NCBI RefSeq assembly: GCF_036321535.1
Contig: NC_087436.1
Span: 27,778,001-27,842,000, forward strand
DNA from: Camelus dromedarius
Lineage: Eukaryota
Reading direction: 5' to 3'
Length of the DNA stretch: 64,000 nt
A program made the position numbers and the translations under genes. Every line of letters begins with the position of its first letter. The first letter of the stretch is position 1. Below the pieces are notes generated by a model that worked only from the letters and a program-made list of their open reading frames with translations, was not told the origin of the DNA and ran no database searches. Below, one piece after another: positions 63,976-64,000 of the stretch.

Positions 63976-64000
63976 TTTGTCTTGATTTATTTGGTTTTTA

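Noticed and set aside
1..64000. Short ORFs (60-126 aa) in the ORF track as host genes
   Set aside because: They have low-complexity AT-biased composition and no recognisable domains except L1 remnants; no coherent exon chain on either strand.
1..64000. CRISPR array, operon or other prokaryotic/phage system; host-gene direction from L1 strand bias
   Set aside because: The sequence is clearly mammalian repeat-rich DNA with no regularly spaced repeats, and L1 orientations are mixed.

Overview
AT-rich, CpG-depleted mammalian non-coding DNA (intergenic or deep intronic). I see no intact protein-coding gene, RNA gene or prokaryotic-type system. The ORF track is mostly chance ORFs, plus a few L1 ORF1p/ORF2p remnants (1451-1708, 3791-3994, 30935-31219, 49689-49943, 55445-55857). 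Two tRNA-Ala-derived SINEs resemble the camelid vic-1 family, and I saw no Alu, B1, Bov-tA, PRE-1 or Can-SINE copies, so the source is probably a camelid (inference). Recognisable content is layered transposon debris: young and old L1s, L2, MIR, MaLR/ERVL/ERV1 solo LTRs and hAT DNA transposons. The most informative structures are a clean L1 twin-priming micro-inversion nested in an LTR (19829-20091), an inverted ORF1/3'-end L1 chimera inside a MIR (49503-49911), an L1 copy polyadenylated inside ORF2 (3751-4018), several nested insertions with TSDs, and repeat-poor, CpG-retaining blocks (about 7.3-7.8 kb and 50.5-52.7 kb) that are candidate regulatory DNA. I found no evidence of a new biological system. 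Repeat family names come from my recall of consensus sequences and need RepeatMasker/Dfam confirmation; boundaries of old repeats are approximate.
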